Shown here one piece after another: positions 1 to 9,525 of a DNA stretch of 40,144 bases. How positions within the stretch are numbered: the stretch's first letter is position 1; every line of letters starts with the position of its first letter. The position numbers and the translations under genes are program-made. The DNA is taken from the NCBI GenBank assembly GCA_024641825.1, contig JAHECI010000002.1, positions 12,917 through 53,060 on the forward strand, in the 5' to 3' direction. The DNA is from Desulfobacterales bacterium (GTDB lineage Bacteria; Desulfobacterota; Desulfobacteria; Desulfobacterales; UBA11574). The notes under the pieces are model-generated. The model worked only from the letters and a program-made list of their open reading frames with translations. It was not told the origin of the DNA and did no database searches.

Positions 1-14
1 TTTTTACAATTTTA

Positions 15-2435
15 TCAGGGTTCTGTTATCCTGTTTTCAGACTCAATCTGTTTCATAAGTTCGAGGGATTGCTCCAGGTATCGTTTGAGTTTTTCCTGTA
101 CTTTGCCAAAAACGGACCCTTCAGGGAAGTTGCCGTCCGGGTCGGGTATTCCTGCAGGGACGTCCGTCAATATCTCTATCCCTTGTTCAACGGTTGAAAC
201 CTGGTAGACATGAAATAGCCCCTTTTTCACGGCATTGACCACCTCATTTTTAAGCATCAGGTTTTTAACGTTGGCCCGGGGAATTAAGACCCCCTGTTTG
301 CCGGTAAGACCTTTTGCTTTACACACATCAAAAAATCCTTCTATTTTTTGATTGACGCCCCCGATGGCCTGTATTTCTCCTTTTTGGTTTACGGATCCGG
401 TGACCGCGATTCCTTGATGGATGGGAATGTCAGACAGACTGGATATAATGGCATACAGTTCCGTAGAAGACGCGCTGTCGCCGTCGATTCCGCCGTAACT
501 TTGCTCAAAGGTGACGCTGATGGATAAACTGAGGGGATATTTTTGGGCAAAGGTGCGGCCAAGATAGCCGGAGAGAATTAGAACCCCTTTGTCGTGGGTT
601 TTTCCACTGAGCTTTGCTTCACGCTCAATATTAATGACCCCCCGCTTTCCCATGTAGGTTTCGGCAGTGATTCGGGACGGTCGACCGAATGAGATGTCAC
701 CGATTTGATAAACAGCCAGGGCGTTCACCTGTCCGGGCACATCCGATTCAACATCGATCATAATCGTATCGTCCACATAAGATTCGTGTATTTTTTCTTC
801 ATACAGGTTATAACGAAATCTATATTCATTGTATGCCCGAACCACATCTTTGTCTGTAACCTGTCGTCCGTTTCGTTTCCGGGCCCAGTAATCGGCTTCC
901 CTTAAAATTCCCATAATGGGTCCGAATCTGATGGAAAGCTTGAGTTTGTTGGAGATATATTTCTCACCATGTTCCACGATGGCGGCAACACCCTTTGGCG
1001 TCAAAGGGAGAAGCCCCTCTTCCTTACACGAACGTGCAATGAAACGTGCATACTGTTGGATGGTATCCGCATTTTTTTCGACTTCATCATCAAAGTCCGC
1101 CCGGACCTTGAATATTTTGTTGAATTTTGAATCATGGTTCTGGAGGAGGTGGAAAAGGTGATAGCTGCCCAGTAAAATCACCTTGACTTCCAGGGGGATG
1201 GGCTCCGGGCGAAGGGATGAGGTGCCGTACCCCATCCCTGAAGAGACATCTTCGATAAATAGCAGTTTATTTTGGAGTGCACGTTTAAGGGCTTCCCATA
1301 CAAAGGGGTTCATCAGTATGGATTCGATTTCCATTATCAGGTAGCCGCCATTGGCCCTTAAGAGGGAACCCGCCTGTATCATGGTAAAGTCCGTGGTAAT
1401 GGTTCCCATATAGGCTCTTTTTTCAATTTGACCAAAAACATTGTGATAGGTCGGATTTGTCTCAAAAATGACCGGAGCACCTTTTAAATTCTTTTGATCC
1501 ACGAGAACATTGACTTCATAGCGTTGAAAAGAGGGTTTTGGGGGTTGAAACATCAAACCTTCCATGGATGTTTTTCCCTCGGAAGAAGCGATAAAATCCT
1601 TGACGTTTTCCAGGATGTCCTCCTGTACTTCGTCCAGATATGTCAGGATGTCCGTGCACTCTTTAAAGGTGTCTCTCATGACGTCTATTCGCTGTTTCAC
1701 CACAAACAGGGCTATTTCTTCCATCAGTTTTTCGATCTGAGAGTTCATTGCCTGGTTGATCTTGTTGATTTCTCTGATTGTGGCATCGATCTCAGTCTGA
1801 ACGGTAAGGATATTCTCTTCGATCTTAACCCGAGTTTCTTCTGGAAGTGCTAAATATTCTTCCGGAGAGATCGCTTTTTCTTTTACCACGGGGACAGTTT
1901 GATATCCGGTTTTGGTTCGATTGATCTGGACGTTCTTTTCAGCAGCTGAGGCTTCGAGATTTTTAATAATATGTTTTTGTTGGTCGGAATACTTTTTTTG
2001 GATTTCAGATTGTCTCAGCTGATAGGATTCGTGTTCAAAGGCCTTGGGGAGTTCATTTTTCAGATCATTGATCAAATCCCCCATCTTTTTACAAAACTGG
2101 GTGGCTTTTCCTGTGGGCACGGAAATGGGTTTGGGGCGATATTCGTCCTTAAAGTTGTTGACCATGCACCAGTCGGCCGGAGATGATAATTTTTTGGCAT
2201 ACCCATTGACGATGTCTCTGATAATGGTTGATTTGCCGGTGCCTTCAATCCCCGTGACAAACATGTTATATCCCGGACTTTTCATGTTCAACCCAAATTC
2301 GATGGCCTGAACCGCACGCTCCTGTCCGATAACGTTATCCAGGGGATCGACCTCTGCGGTAGTTTTAAATGTAAACATCTTGGGATCGCATGTGGACCTG
2401 AGGTCAGCGGGTTTCAACTCGAAATTTTTTTTCAT
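15..2435 (-). CDS. Lon-like ATP-dependent protease (AAA+ module with helical insertion plus Lon S16 proteolytic domain; LonB/YcbZ-like, soluble)
   Basis: 806-aa ORF. Walker A GIEGTGKST. Long charged helical insertion (QLRQSEIQKKYSDQQ ... INKINQAMNSQIEKLMEE). C-terminal Lon Ser-Lys dyad contexts GIDGDSASSTE and AIGGVNQKIEGFF. The C-terminal 250 aa resemble E. coli YcbZ from memory. Confidence 0.85.
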   Translation of the reverse strand: MKKNFELKPADLRSTCDPKMFTFKTTAEVDPLDNVIGQERAVQAIEFGLNMKSPGYNMFVTGIEGTGKSTIIRDIVNGYAKKLSSPADWCMVNNFKDEYRPKPISVPTGKATQFCKKMGDLINDLKNELPKAFEHESYQLRQSEIQKKYSDQQKHIIKNLEASAAEKNVQINRTKTGYQTVPVVKEKAISPEEYLALPEETRVKIEENILTVQTEIDATIREINKINQAMNSQIEKLMEEIALFVVKQRIDVMRDTFKECTDILTYLDEVQEDILENVKDFIASSEGKTSMEGLMFQPPKPSFQRYEVNVLVDQKNLKGAPVIFETNPTYHNVFGQIEKRAYMGTITTDFTMIQAGSLLRANGGYLIMEIESILMNPFVWEALKRALQNKLLFIEDVSSGMGYGTSSLRPEPIPLEVKVILLGSYHLFHLLQNHDSKFNKIFKVRADFDDEVEKNADTIQQYARFIARSCKEEGLLPLTPKGVAAIVEHGEKYISNKLKLSIRFGPIMGILREADYWARKRNGRQVTDKDVVRAYNEYRFRYNLYEEKIHESYVDDTIMIDVESDVPGQVNALAVYQIGDISFGRPSRITAETYMGKRGVINIEREAKLSGKTHDKGVLILSGYLGRTFAQKYPLSLSISVTFEQSYGGIDGDSASSTELYAIISSLSDIPIHQGIAVTGSVNQKGEIQAIGGVNQKIEGFFDVCKAKGLTGKQGVLIPRANVKNLMLKNEVVNAVKKGLFHVYQVSTVEQGIEILTDVPAGIPDPDGNFPEGSVFGKVQEKLKRYLEQSLELMKQIESENRITEP

Positions 2436-2614
2436 TTTCTGCTCCTGTGGAATGGGGGAAAATTAGAATCCGCTCCAAAATTGCCAAGATCAATCGGGGT
2501 TCGAAAAGTTTTATCCTACTAGTGCATTAAACGGTTCATTTGTCAATAGCCTCGCCTTTGACTCAGTGCTCTGATTCCTGAGTTTAGTGACGTATTTCTT
2601 TAATCATCGAGTTT

Positions 2615-2687
2615 CCGGATTCCCGCTTCCGGGGGAATGATTTGCATCTCAAATAAGACCGTCATTCCCGCCGAAGCGAGAATCCGG
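2615..2687. repeat. REP-like inverted doublet (two 26-nt arms with a 21-nt spacer)
   Basis: The arm at 2615-2640 (ccggattcccgcttccgggggaatga) matches the reverse complement of 2662-2687 at 23 of 26 positions. The left arm itself contains ATTCCC-N8-GGGAAT. Confidence 0.6.
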
Positions 2688-2775
2688 TATAAGACACCTA
2701 TGGTTATCTATGCCTTTTAAAATACACAATTAAATACGTTGTCGTCTTTAAGAATAGGGGTGCTAAGTTCTCTGC

Positions 2776-2804
2776 TTGACAACATTTTGAACAACCGATA
2801 TTCT
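2776..2804 (+). promoter_or_regulatory. sigma70-like promoter candidate (TTGACA-17 nt-TATTCT)
   Basis: TTGACA at 2776-2781, a 17-nt spacer, then TATTCT at 2799-2804. It would drive the small gene at 3047 with a leader of about 240 nt. Confidence 0.4.
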
Positions 2805-2959
2805 TGTAATGGAATGATTAGAAACCGTCTCAAAAATGTATCTAACGCCCAACGGGGTTGTTCCATGAGGCCTTAAAATGCTCCTATACCAAACGGCATG
2901 CGAAGGGTTTTCGTCGGCCTGGATCTTTACCCTTGAGGGTATCGACTGTTTAAGAGATA

Positions 2960-2997
2960 GTACGTGTTCAGGGGAAGCGCACCCCCTGAACACGTAC
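2960..2997. repeat. Family-A palindrome (collapsed, TIR-only copy of the element at 27961-28208)
   Basis: GTACGTGTTCAGGGG-aagcgcac-CCCCTGAACACGTAC is a perfect 15-bp stem. The sequence matches both ends of the 248-bp element at 27961-28208. Confidence 0.8.
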
Positions 2998-3046
2998 AAA
3001 AGATAGGGGATAGGTGGAATATCATTGAATGCCAGGAGGTGAAATT

Positions 3047-3304
3047 ATGGCCGAAGATCAAATTGGTGTTGTGGTCAATTATTATGCGAAACTCGGTGTT
3101 GCCGCCCTAAAGGTGACCAACGGTACCATCAAAACCGGTGATCTTCTGAAGTACAAGGGGCATACCACCGATTTTACCGAAGCTGTCACAAGCATGGAAA
3201 TTGAAAAACAGCCTGTTGAACAAGCCCAGGCCGGCGATTTGGTTGGCGTGAAAGTAAAAGAGAAAGTCAGAGAAAAGGACAAGGTTTATAAGATCGTCGA
3301 CTAA
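3047..3304 (+). CDS. Small EF-Tu domain-2-like beta-barrel protein (translation elongation factor-like)
   Basis: AGGAGG at 3033-3038 lies 8 nt upstream of the ATG at 3047, which is preferred over the ORF-track start at 3029. The pattern GDLLKYKGHTTDF...AQAGDLVGVKV is typical of a translation-factor domain II barrel. A terminator follows. Confidence 0.6.
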   Translation: MAEDQIGVVVNYYAKLGVAALKVTNGTIKTGDLLKYKGHTTDFTEAVTSMEIEKQPVEQAQAGDLVGVKVKEKVREKDKVYKIVD

Positions 3305-3307
3305 CGA

Positions 3308-3352
3308 GGGCGTTTATCCCGCTTCCCCCCCCACGAACGCCCCCCCTTTTTT
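3308..3352 (+). terminator. Intrinsic terminator candidate between convergent genes
   Basis: GGGCGTT (3308-3314) pairs with AACGCCC (3336-3342). This is followed by CCCC and a T6 run at 3347-3352. Confidence 0.55.
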
Positions 3353-4829
3353 ATTTAAACCCGAGATTCCTCCCAAAGCCTCTGGTGAGGGTGCCAAAAA
3401 GGAGAAGGAAGCCGAAAACGAGGATGATCGCACTCACAGGGGAAGTTATGAACACGAAGGGGTTGCCCCCCGATAGAATGAGACTCAGGCGAAAATTCGT
3501 CTCGAGTTGTGGGCCGAGAATCATGGCGAGGATCAGGGGGATAAATGGGAAGCCGAACCGGGCCATCAGATAGGCTGCCAATCCGGCGCCGACCATCAGG
3601 TAAACATCCATAAAACTGTTGCGAACAAGGAAAGTCCCCACGACACAGAAGACCGTAATGACGGGCATAATAATGCTTTTGGGTATGTAGGCCACCCAAG
3701 CCAGCAGAGAGGAAAGCGTGCATATGGTTAAAAAATTTAGGACGTTGGAGAGCAGGATTATCAAGAATATTGCGTGAATTAGATCGGTCTGCTGGAAGAA
3801 AAATAGAGGTCCCGGCGAAAAACCCTGAATGGTGAATGCACTCAAAAGAATGGCGGTTACCGTATCCCCCGGAATCCCAAGGGTAAGGAGGGGAATCATA
3901 GCCCCTCCCACCACCGCATTGTTTGCAGCCTCCGGCGCGGCAATACCTTCTACGGCCCCTTTCCCGAATTCTTGGGAGTTCTTTGATCGACGACGAGCGA
4001 TTTCATAGGCCAAAAAAACTGCCACAGGTGCATTGGCCCCGGGTAGAAAACCGACGCCGGTCCCCACAAGGCCTCCAGATAGTATACTTTTCCAGATTCG
4101 CTTCAAATCGATGAGGCCCATACGCTTAAAGATCTGCATGCTTCGAATCGGCCTTGTGATTTCGGATTTAACGCTCTTTATTCCTCTGAGGACTTCGGGT
4201 ATGGCGAAACCACCGATCATGATGGGCAGCCAACTCAAACCGCTCATCAGGGCCAGCGAGCCGAAGGTCAAGCGCGGTGTGGCCACCATGGGATCCATAC
4301 CAATGGTGGCCAGCATGAAACCCAACACAGCAGAAATACAACCTTTGAGCATGGCGCCTCTGGAGAGTCCGGCGATCAGCGTTATCCCGATCAAAATCAA
4401 TGAGAACTGCTCCACAGGGCCAAACTTGAGGGCGATGTGTGCCAGCAAGGGGGCCACCAGGACCAGAAAGAAAAGTCCGATGAGTCCCCCCATGAAAGAG
4501 GCGGTGCAGGCGGTTAGGATGGCGCGCTCCGGTTCGCCACGGCGGGCCAAGGGGCTTCCGTCGAGGGCCGTCGCTGCGGCGGCGGGGGTTCCAGGAATGT
4601 TGAGGAGGATGGCCGAGATGGCGCCACCGGACATTCCAGCCTGGTAAAGACCGATGAGCATGGAGAGGGCCGAAAGGGGCGGCAATCCGAAGGTCAGCGG
4701 TAAGACAATAATCATTCCCATGCTGATGGTCAGGCCCGGTGTCACCCCCGTAAATAACCCGATGAGTATACCGGCTGCCATCATCAACAAGTTCTTGAGT
4801 TCGAAAACCTGCAAGAGACCGAATTCCAT
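3351..4829 (-). CDS. tctA: Tripartite tricarboxylate transporter, large permease TctA
   Basis: 492-aa polytopic membrane protein with the typical TctA N-terminus (MEFGLLQVF...LMMAAGILIGLFTGVTPGLT) and Gly/Ala-rich TM repeats. The tctB and tctC genes lie upstream. Confidence 0.9.
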   Translation of the reverse strand: MEFGLLQVFELKNLLMMAAGILIGLFTGVTPGLTISMGMIIVLPLTFGLPPLSALSMLIGLYQAGMSGGAISAILLNIPGTPAAAATALDGSPLARRGEPERAILTACTASFMGGLIGLFFLVLVAPLLAHIALKFGPVEQFSLILIGITLIAGLSRGAMLKGCISAVLGFMLATIGMDPMVATPRLTFGSLALMSGLSWLPIMIGGFAIPEVLRGIKSVKSEITRPIRSMQIFKRMGLIDLKRIWKSILSGGLVGTGVGFLPGANAPVAVFLAYEIARRRSKNSQEFGKGAVEGIAAPEAANNAVVGGAMIPLLTLGIPGDTVTAILLSAFTIQGFSPGPLFFFQQTDLIHAIFLIILLSNVLNFLTICTLSSLLAWVAYIPKSIIMPVITVFCVVGTFLVRNSFMDVYLMVGAGLAAYLMARFGFPFIPLILAMILGPQLETNFRLSLILSGGNPFVFITSPVSAIILVFGFLLLFGTLTRGFGRNLGFK

Positions 4830-5158
4830 AACCCCTTGTTACCCGTCTTTCGATTTTGAACTACAACCCTCGTCCAGTTGAATTGCGTTTCCCGCACCCC
4901 TTATGGGATTCGACAGGGTCGGCACATTCTCCCCCAAGCTTGTCCAAGATCCCATTAAGGGGGAATAAACCTATCTGTCTTTTCTATTTTACGGGGCGTC
5001 CATTCAGTTCCAACGGGGCTCCAGAGAGTTCCAATACCATTTGATGGAAAGGTTAAATTGACTGTGTCCCATCGCCTTGGGCTCACAAGAAATATTCCAC
5101 CTAAGGGCGAGGTTTGTTAAAAAACGCCGTATACTCAAATGGGGTATACCGATCCCTT

Positions 5159-5608
5159 CTAAGGCAAAAGCACATTGAATAGGATCCTGAGGATTCCATA
5201 GAGCAAAAAGGTAATTCCGACGGCCATTCCTGCGATAAAAGCCGTTCGCCGGGTGTCATACACCGTCGAGAGGCATACGATGAAAACAGGGGTCGTCCAG
5301 AGAAACCCTATCGACTGCAGCGTATAAACGTACAAAAAAATAAGAAAGATTGCCGCGATGATCCTTCGGCCGGCGGTGCCGCTATGGGCAATATTTCTTG
5401 TTCTAGGGCGAGGGGGCTCGAACCATTGTTCGATGAAAAGGCCGATTGAAAGCAAAATAAGCAACCCCACCAACACCCATGGAAAAGTCGTCGGACCAAT
5501 TTCATTGCTGGTGAATTCACGACCTTGAACCTGAAAAAGACCATATGCATAGATTCCGCTGACCAAAATCATAACACCGGCGATAACACTCTCTGCTGGG
5601 CGTCGCAT
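5159..5608 (-). CDS. tctB: Tripartite tricarboxylate transporter, small subunit TctB
   Basis: 149-aa protein with 4 TM segments, located 17 nt downstream of tctC. Size and topology fit TctB. Confidence 0.7.
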   Translation of the reverse strand: MRRPAESVIAGVMILVSGIYAYGLFQVQGREFTSNEIGPTTFPWVLVGLLILLSIGLFIEQWFEPPRPRTRNIAHSGTAGRRIIAAIFLIFLYVYTLQSIGFLWTTPVFIVCLSTVYDTRRTAFIAGMAVGITFLLYGILRILFNVLLP

Positions 5609-5625
5609 AGGGCTCCTGATTCAAT

Positions 5626-6696
5626 TCACTGTTTTGTCAACTGGGATTTGAACAATCCAACATCCTTCATAATCCGGACGACGGTGGTATTTTGATCGCT
5701 CAACCATCGGTTCAGCTCAGGACCATCTAAATACCCGAGATCCATTCTCTTGGCCTCGATAAACTTTTGAAGTGGTTTATAGTTAACGGTGACATTCTTG
5801 AGGGCTGTTTGGAGCGTATGCTTAATCTCCTTGGGAGTCTTGGGAGGCGCAAAAACACCGTACATAAGATCGACTTGAAAATCGATTCCGATTTCCCGGG
5901 CCGTTGGTGTCGTCGGCAGCAACGGTACCCTTTGGTTTGAGCTCACCACGAGGGCACGCATCTTTCCGGCCTGGGAGAATTTCACGAAACCTGCTGCCGG
6001 AGCGCTTAGCAGATCGATTTGACCCCCAAGGAGTGCAGAGAATCGTCGGTCGACACCAATGGGGACAAATATCACGTTGAGGTTTGAACTCAAAGCAACA
6101 TTCATCAGGTGGCCGATGGATCCTGTTCCGGCATGGCCAAACTTATACGTGTTTGGATTACGCTTGGCATCCATTAAGAAATCGTTCCACGATGTCCACG
6201 GCGCGTCTGCGCGCACCCCAACAACCAATGGCCACTTGGCGATCCGTGCCACAGGGTCGAGTGCCTCATATCCCCAATTCAAATTGCCGATATTGGTGGT
6301 GGTGAAAAGTGATCCGGTTACCCATCCGAGGGTATAGCCATCGGGCTTTGCCCTGTGGAGCGCATCATAAGCCAATGCGCCTCCGGCGCCGCCTTTATTC
6401 ATGACCATCACGGACACGCCAAGCTCTTTTTCCAGGCCCTTGGCCACAAGTCTTCCAAGGAGGTCGGTGGCGCCGCCTGCTTTAAAGCCGATTAACAGAA
6501 TAATTGTTTTTTCCGGATATGCCGCCGAAACTTTTGCTGGATTGCTCCCAAAGGACAGAATGAGAACTCCCGTTAGTAGCATCTGAAAAAAAATTCTTTT
6601 CTGCCATGGAAAGCGTTTCAAGCATTTTATTGCACGTCGCATCATCATTAAAGGACTCTGAAAGATATTATTTTGGTTTTGTATGAATGATATCAT
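5626..6696 (-). CDS. tctC: Tripartite tricarboxylate transporter substrate-binding protein (Bug/TctC family)
   Basis: Signal-peptide-like region (LLTGVLILSFGSNPAKVSAA) followed by Bug-family patterns (YPEKTIILLIGFKAGGATDLLGR, FGHAGTGSIGHL). The true start may be the internal MMM at about 6648. Confidence 0.85.
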   Translation of the reverse strand: MISFIQNQNNIFQSPLMMMRRAIKCLKRFPWQKRIFFQMLLTGVLILSFGSNPAKVSAAYPEKTIILLIGFKAGGATDLLGRLVAKGLEKELGVSVMVMNKGGAGGALAYDALHRAKPDGYTLGWVTGSLFTTTNIGNLNWGYEALDPVARIAKWPLVVGVRADAPWTSWNDFLMDAKRNPNTYKFGHAGTGSIGHLMNVALSSNLNVIFVPIGVDRRFSALLGGQIDLLSAPAAGFVKFSQAGKMRALVVSSNQRVPLLPTTPTAREIGIDFQVDLMYGVFAPPKTPKEIKHTLQTALKNVTVNYKPLQKFIEAKRMDLGYLDGPELNRWLSDQNTTVVRIMKDVGLFKSQLTKQ

Positions 6697-6831
6697 CGGT
6701 TTTTTTTCACCATCGGGCTATAGGTTTTATGAGATTATCCTAAAGGGCGCATATCGGGTAGTCATCGATGGAGAAGGAGCACCTGAAGTCCGGAATTCGG
6801 GTTTCCTCTGGATGTCCAACTTTCCGCGACC

Positions 6832-9525
6832 TCAAACATCTCTTTGTGCCTCCTCAAGGCAGACCTGAAGTTTTCGGCTCAGAATCTGTACGTTGGGTTC
6901 CCTGAGAATTTCGATTTGTTTCCCCGGAACCGTGTGAACCTCTATGCCGTCACTGGCCACTTGCCCCCAGAACAATTCCGGTTGCTTGTACGCGTCACCG
7001 GTGCCAAGAAAAAATGTAATTTTCCCCGGGTAAACTCGGGGGATATACTTCGTGCCGGCCCTATGGCTGAGTTCCTGGACGTGGATGTGGTGCAGCCTCC
7101 GGGTCAGGGTTCGGCTGACACCGCTAAAACGCTCATATATGAGATTGAGGAACATACTTCTGATGCGGGCCAGCCTGTATACGGTTCGGTCCACCAAATA
7201 ATCGAGCTTCTCTTTGGCGTGCATTTGTGAAAGGTGTTTTAAATGAAGCTGAATACCATCCACAAACGAGGTCACCGTCCGTTCGTGTCCGGGGGGATTG
7301 AATGAGACCAGCAGGGACACTTTCTGGCGTTGTTCCTGGAGTTGTCGGGCCATCTCTATGGCCACATAGATTCCGAGACAGAACCCTCCCAAAAAATAGG
7401 GGCCTTGGGGTTGGATCGACCGCATTTCATCGATGTAGAGTGCTGCCATGTCCTCGATTCGCTTTAACGGCGGTTGTTCTCCGTCCAAGCCCACGGCCTG
7501 TAATCCATAAACGGGCTGGTGGGGGCGCAAATGCCGTACCAGATCGCTGTAGAAAAGAACGTAACCACCGACACCATGGATGCAGAAAAACGGCGGTTTG
7601 GAACCTTCCTCTTGCAATGGGACCAGGGAAGACCAGGCGTGCAACCATTTGTCCTTACGGAAACTTTCGGCCAAGTGTTCTATGGTCGGTGCCTGGCACA
7701 AGATCGCCAGGGGTAGCATTTGTCCAAGTGTTTTCTCAATCTCTATTGATAGCGACATGGCCCTTAACGAGTCACCGCCGAGATCAAAGAAATTGTCCCT
7801 TATCCCCACCGGCTCGATTTTGAGGACTTTCTCCCAGATCTTTTTCAGACGCATTTCCAAATCGTCCCGCGGCGCTACAAAGGTTTCTTCAGATTCGGGG
7901 CGCTGGCAATCGGGTTCAGGAAGTGCCAGGCGGTTGATTTTGCCGTTGGGCAGATGGGGGAGGGAATCCAGAAACACGAAAAAAGATGGAATCATATAGT
8001 CCGGCAGTATTTCAGCGAGGCTACCCCGGAGTGTGGTGATATTCGGCCCGGGGTTTTTACTCGGGACGACATATGCCACCAGTCTTCGGTCTCCCTCATT
8101 GTCTTCTTTTACGACGACAACCGTTTCTTTAATGATTCCCAGGTTGAACAAAGCCGATTCGACCTCGGGGATTTCGACCCTATTGCCTCTGATTTTAACC
8201 TGAAAATCCTTTCGACCCATATGCATAAGACATCCGTCGGGGCGCATCAATCCAAGGTCTCCTGTGAGATAGATGCGCTTGTCTCCCCATTCCGGGTTGC
8301 TGAGGAAAACAGCTTCCGTGAGATCCGGTTTTCTCCAATATCCTGGAGAGAGATAACGACTTTTGATCGCGATTTCACCGATTTGGTTGAAGCCGACCGC
8401 TTGACCGTTTTCGTCGAGGAGTAGAACCTCTTTGTCTTCCACCGGATAACCGACCGGGACGACACTGCCCGGGATCGGGGTGGTTTTGTCAATGAAGTAT
8501 CGTCGTAACCTTGCGGTTTCCCCAGCGCCGATCCCGTTTATCATGATGCAGTTTTCGGAAAAATGTTCTTTGTAGAAATCTACATCCCGTTTGTACAGGG
8601 GTTCACCCGATTGGTAGATTACGCGCAGATCGGGAAATTTTTCGTTTCCGTTGAGGGTGTTGAAAAAATGACGCAGTACCGTGGTGATGGACGTATAGAT
8701 GGTAATTTTTTGACGAACAAGGTAGTCGGCCAGTGGGCCCATTCCTTCTTCTTTGAGATCGTACAGACAAAGAGCGGCACCGTTGAGAAGGGCGCTAAAT
8801 AACACGGTAGTTCCCATACCGGTGCTGGAAGAATACAGAAGGATGAATCGATCTTCGGCACAGATGTGGAGGCCGTTGGTATGGATCATGATATCATGGA
8901 GCCGGTGTCGATGGTTCTGCACCACGCCCTTTGGCTGACCCGTGGATCCAGAGGTGTAAAGAATGTAAATGGGACTGTCGGGTGATATGGATCGTCCGAT
9001 GGGTTCTGTTGAAATCCCGTCGTCCAAATCGTCGACGTTCATCAGCTGATGCCGGTTATGGGAAAGTTCTTCGGCCAAACGCAGGTTTTCGCTGTCGGTT
9101 ACGATGAGATTCGTTTGTGAGTCTTCCAGGATATACGCCAACCTTGCTTTAGGAAACGAAGAATCTAAGGGCACGTACATCTTGCCGGCTTTTAAAACAC
9201 CGAGTATCGCAGCGATCATCGGCGCGTCGTGTTTAAAAAGCAGTGAAACGGGTTCCCTTTGTTCTCCAAGCTTTGTCAGAATTGCTCGGGCAATACGGTT
9301 GGCGGATTGATCCAGTTGGCGGTAGGTAAGGGCATGGTTTTTGGTCTTGACGGCGAGTCGATGGCCGTGCGTGTGCACCTGCTGCTCAAATCGATCGGAT
9401 ATGGACTGGGCAACTTCTTTTTTCTTGAATTTGGCAAAGACCCCGGTGGGGTGAAAGCATTTGTCTTGGATGGACTGCTGTTGTTTAACTATAGCAGTCG
9501 TATCGGCTTCGTTAAACACCGTCAT
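6832..9525 (-). CDS. Stand-alone NRPS-like enzyme: adenylation - thiolation (PCP) - thioesterase (A-T-TE)
   Basis: A-domain cores YTSGSTGQPKGV, GEIAIKSRYLSPGYW, YLTGDLG, GRKDFQVKIRGNRVEIPEVE and LPNGKINR. PCP motif FFDLGGDSL. TE region FCIHGVGG ... YFLGGFCLGIY. GGAGG at 9531-9535 lies 5 nt before the ATG at 9525, which is preferred over the ORF-track start at 9543. Confidence 0.9.
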   Translation of the reverse strand: MTVFNEADTTAIVKQQQSIQDKCFHPTGVFAKFKKKEVAQSISDRFEQQVHTHGHRLAVKTKNHALTYRQLDQSANRIARAILTKLGEQREPVSLLFKHDAPMIAAILGVLKAGKMYVPLDSSFPKARLAYILEDSQTNLIVTDSENLRLAEELSHNRHQLMNVDDLDDGISTEPIGRSISPDSPIYILYTSGSTGQPKGVVQNHRHRLHDIMIHTNGLHICAEDRFILLYSSSTGMGTTVLFSALLNGAALCLYDLKEEGMGPLADYLVRQKITIYTSITTVLRHFFNTLNGNEKFPDLRVIYQSGEPLYKRDVDFYKEHFSENCIMINGIGAGETARLRRYFIDKTTPIPGSVVPVGYPVEDKEVLLLDENGQAVGFNQIGEIAIKSRYLSPGYWRKPDLTEAVFLSNPEWGDKRIYLTGDLGLMRPDGCLMHMGRKDFQVKIRGNRVEIPEVESALFNLGIIKETVVVVKEDNEGDRRLVAYVVPSKNPGPNITTLRGSLAEILPDYMIPSFFVFLDSLPHLPNGKINRLALPEPDCQRPESEETFVAPRDDLEMRLKKIWEKVLKIEPVGIRDNFFDLGGDSLRAMSLSIEIEKTLGQMLPLAILCQAPTIEHLAESFRKDKWLHAWSSLVPLQEEGSKPPFFCIHGVGGYVLFYSDLVRHLRPHQPVYGLQAVGLDGEQPPLKRIEDMAALYIDEMRSIQPQGPYFLGGFCLGIYVAIEMARQLQEQRQKVSLLVSFNPPGHERTVTSFVDGIQLHLKHLSQMHAKEKLDYLVDRTVYRLARIRSMFLNLIYERFSGVSRTLTRRLHHIHVQELSHRAGTKYIPRVYPGKITFFLGTGDAYKQPELFWGQVASDGIEVHTVPGKQIEILREPNVQILSRKLQVCLEEAQRDV

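Noticed and set aside
15-2435. The Lon-like protease as a BREX BrxL-type defence component.
   Set aside because: No other BREX or defence genes are adjacent in the window. The C-terminal region looks like the housekeeping LonB/YcbZ-type family. The left neighbourhood lies outside the window, so this cannot be fully excluded.
2496-2508. A tRNA T-arm-like string, ggggttcgaaaag.
   Set aside because: The flanks contain no acceptor, D or anticodon stem complementarity. The window contains no convincing tRNA.
2621-2640. ATTCCC-N8-GGGAAT matches the pattern of the Neisseria dRS3 repeat.
   Set aside because: Such a short palindromic pattern can arise in any REP-type sequence. The taxon and context are unrelated, so I treat it only as a generic REP-like hairpin.
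2763-2999. 78-aa ORF on the minus strand between the Lon-like gene and the small EF-like gene.
   Set aside because: Its start codon lies inside the family-A palindrome. It has no SD, its composition is unremarkable, and it overlaps the predicted plus-strand promoter and leader.
4033-4647. Long antisense 'shadow' ORFs inside well-supported genes. Examples: 4033-4647(+) in tctA, 7302-7823(+) and 7580-7999(+) in the NRPS-like gene, 22490-22915(-) in the CooC-like gene, 38359-38847(-) in trpB/trpA, and 39576-40049(-) opposite tnpA.
   Set aside because: Each lies opposite a CDS with strong motif support. Their compositions are Arg/Pro/Ser/Gly-rich and low in complexity, and they have no SD. They are typical frame shadows.
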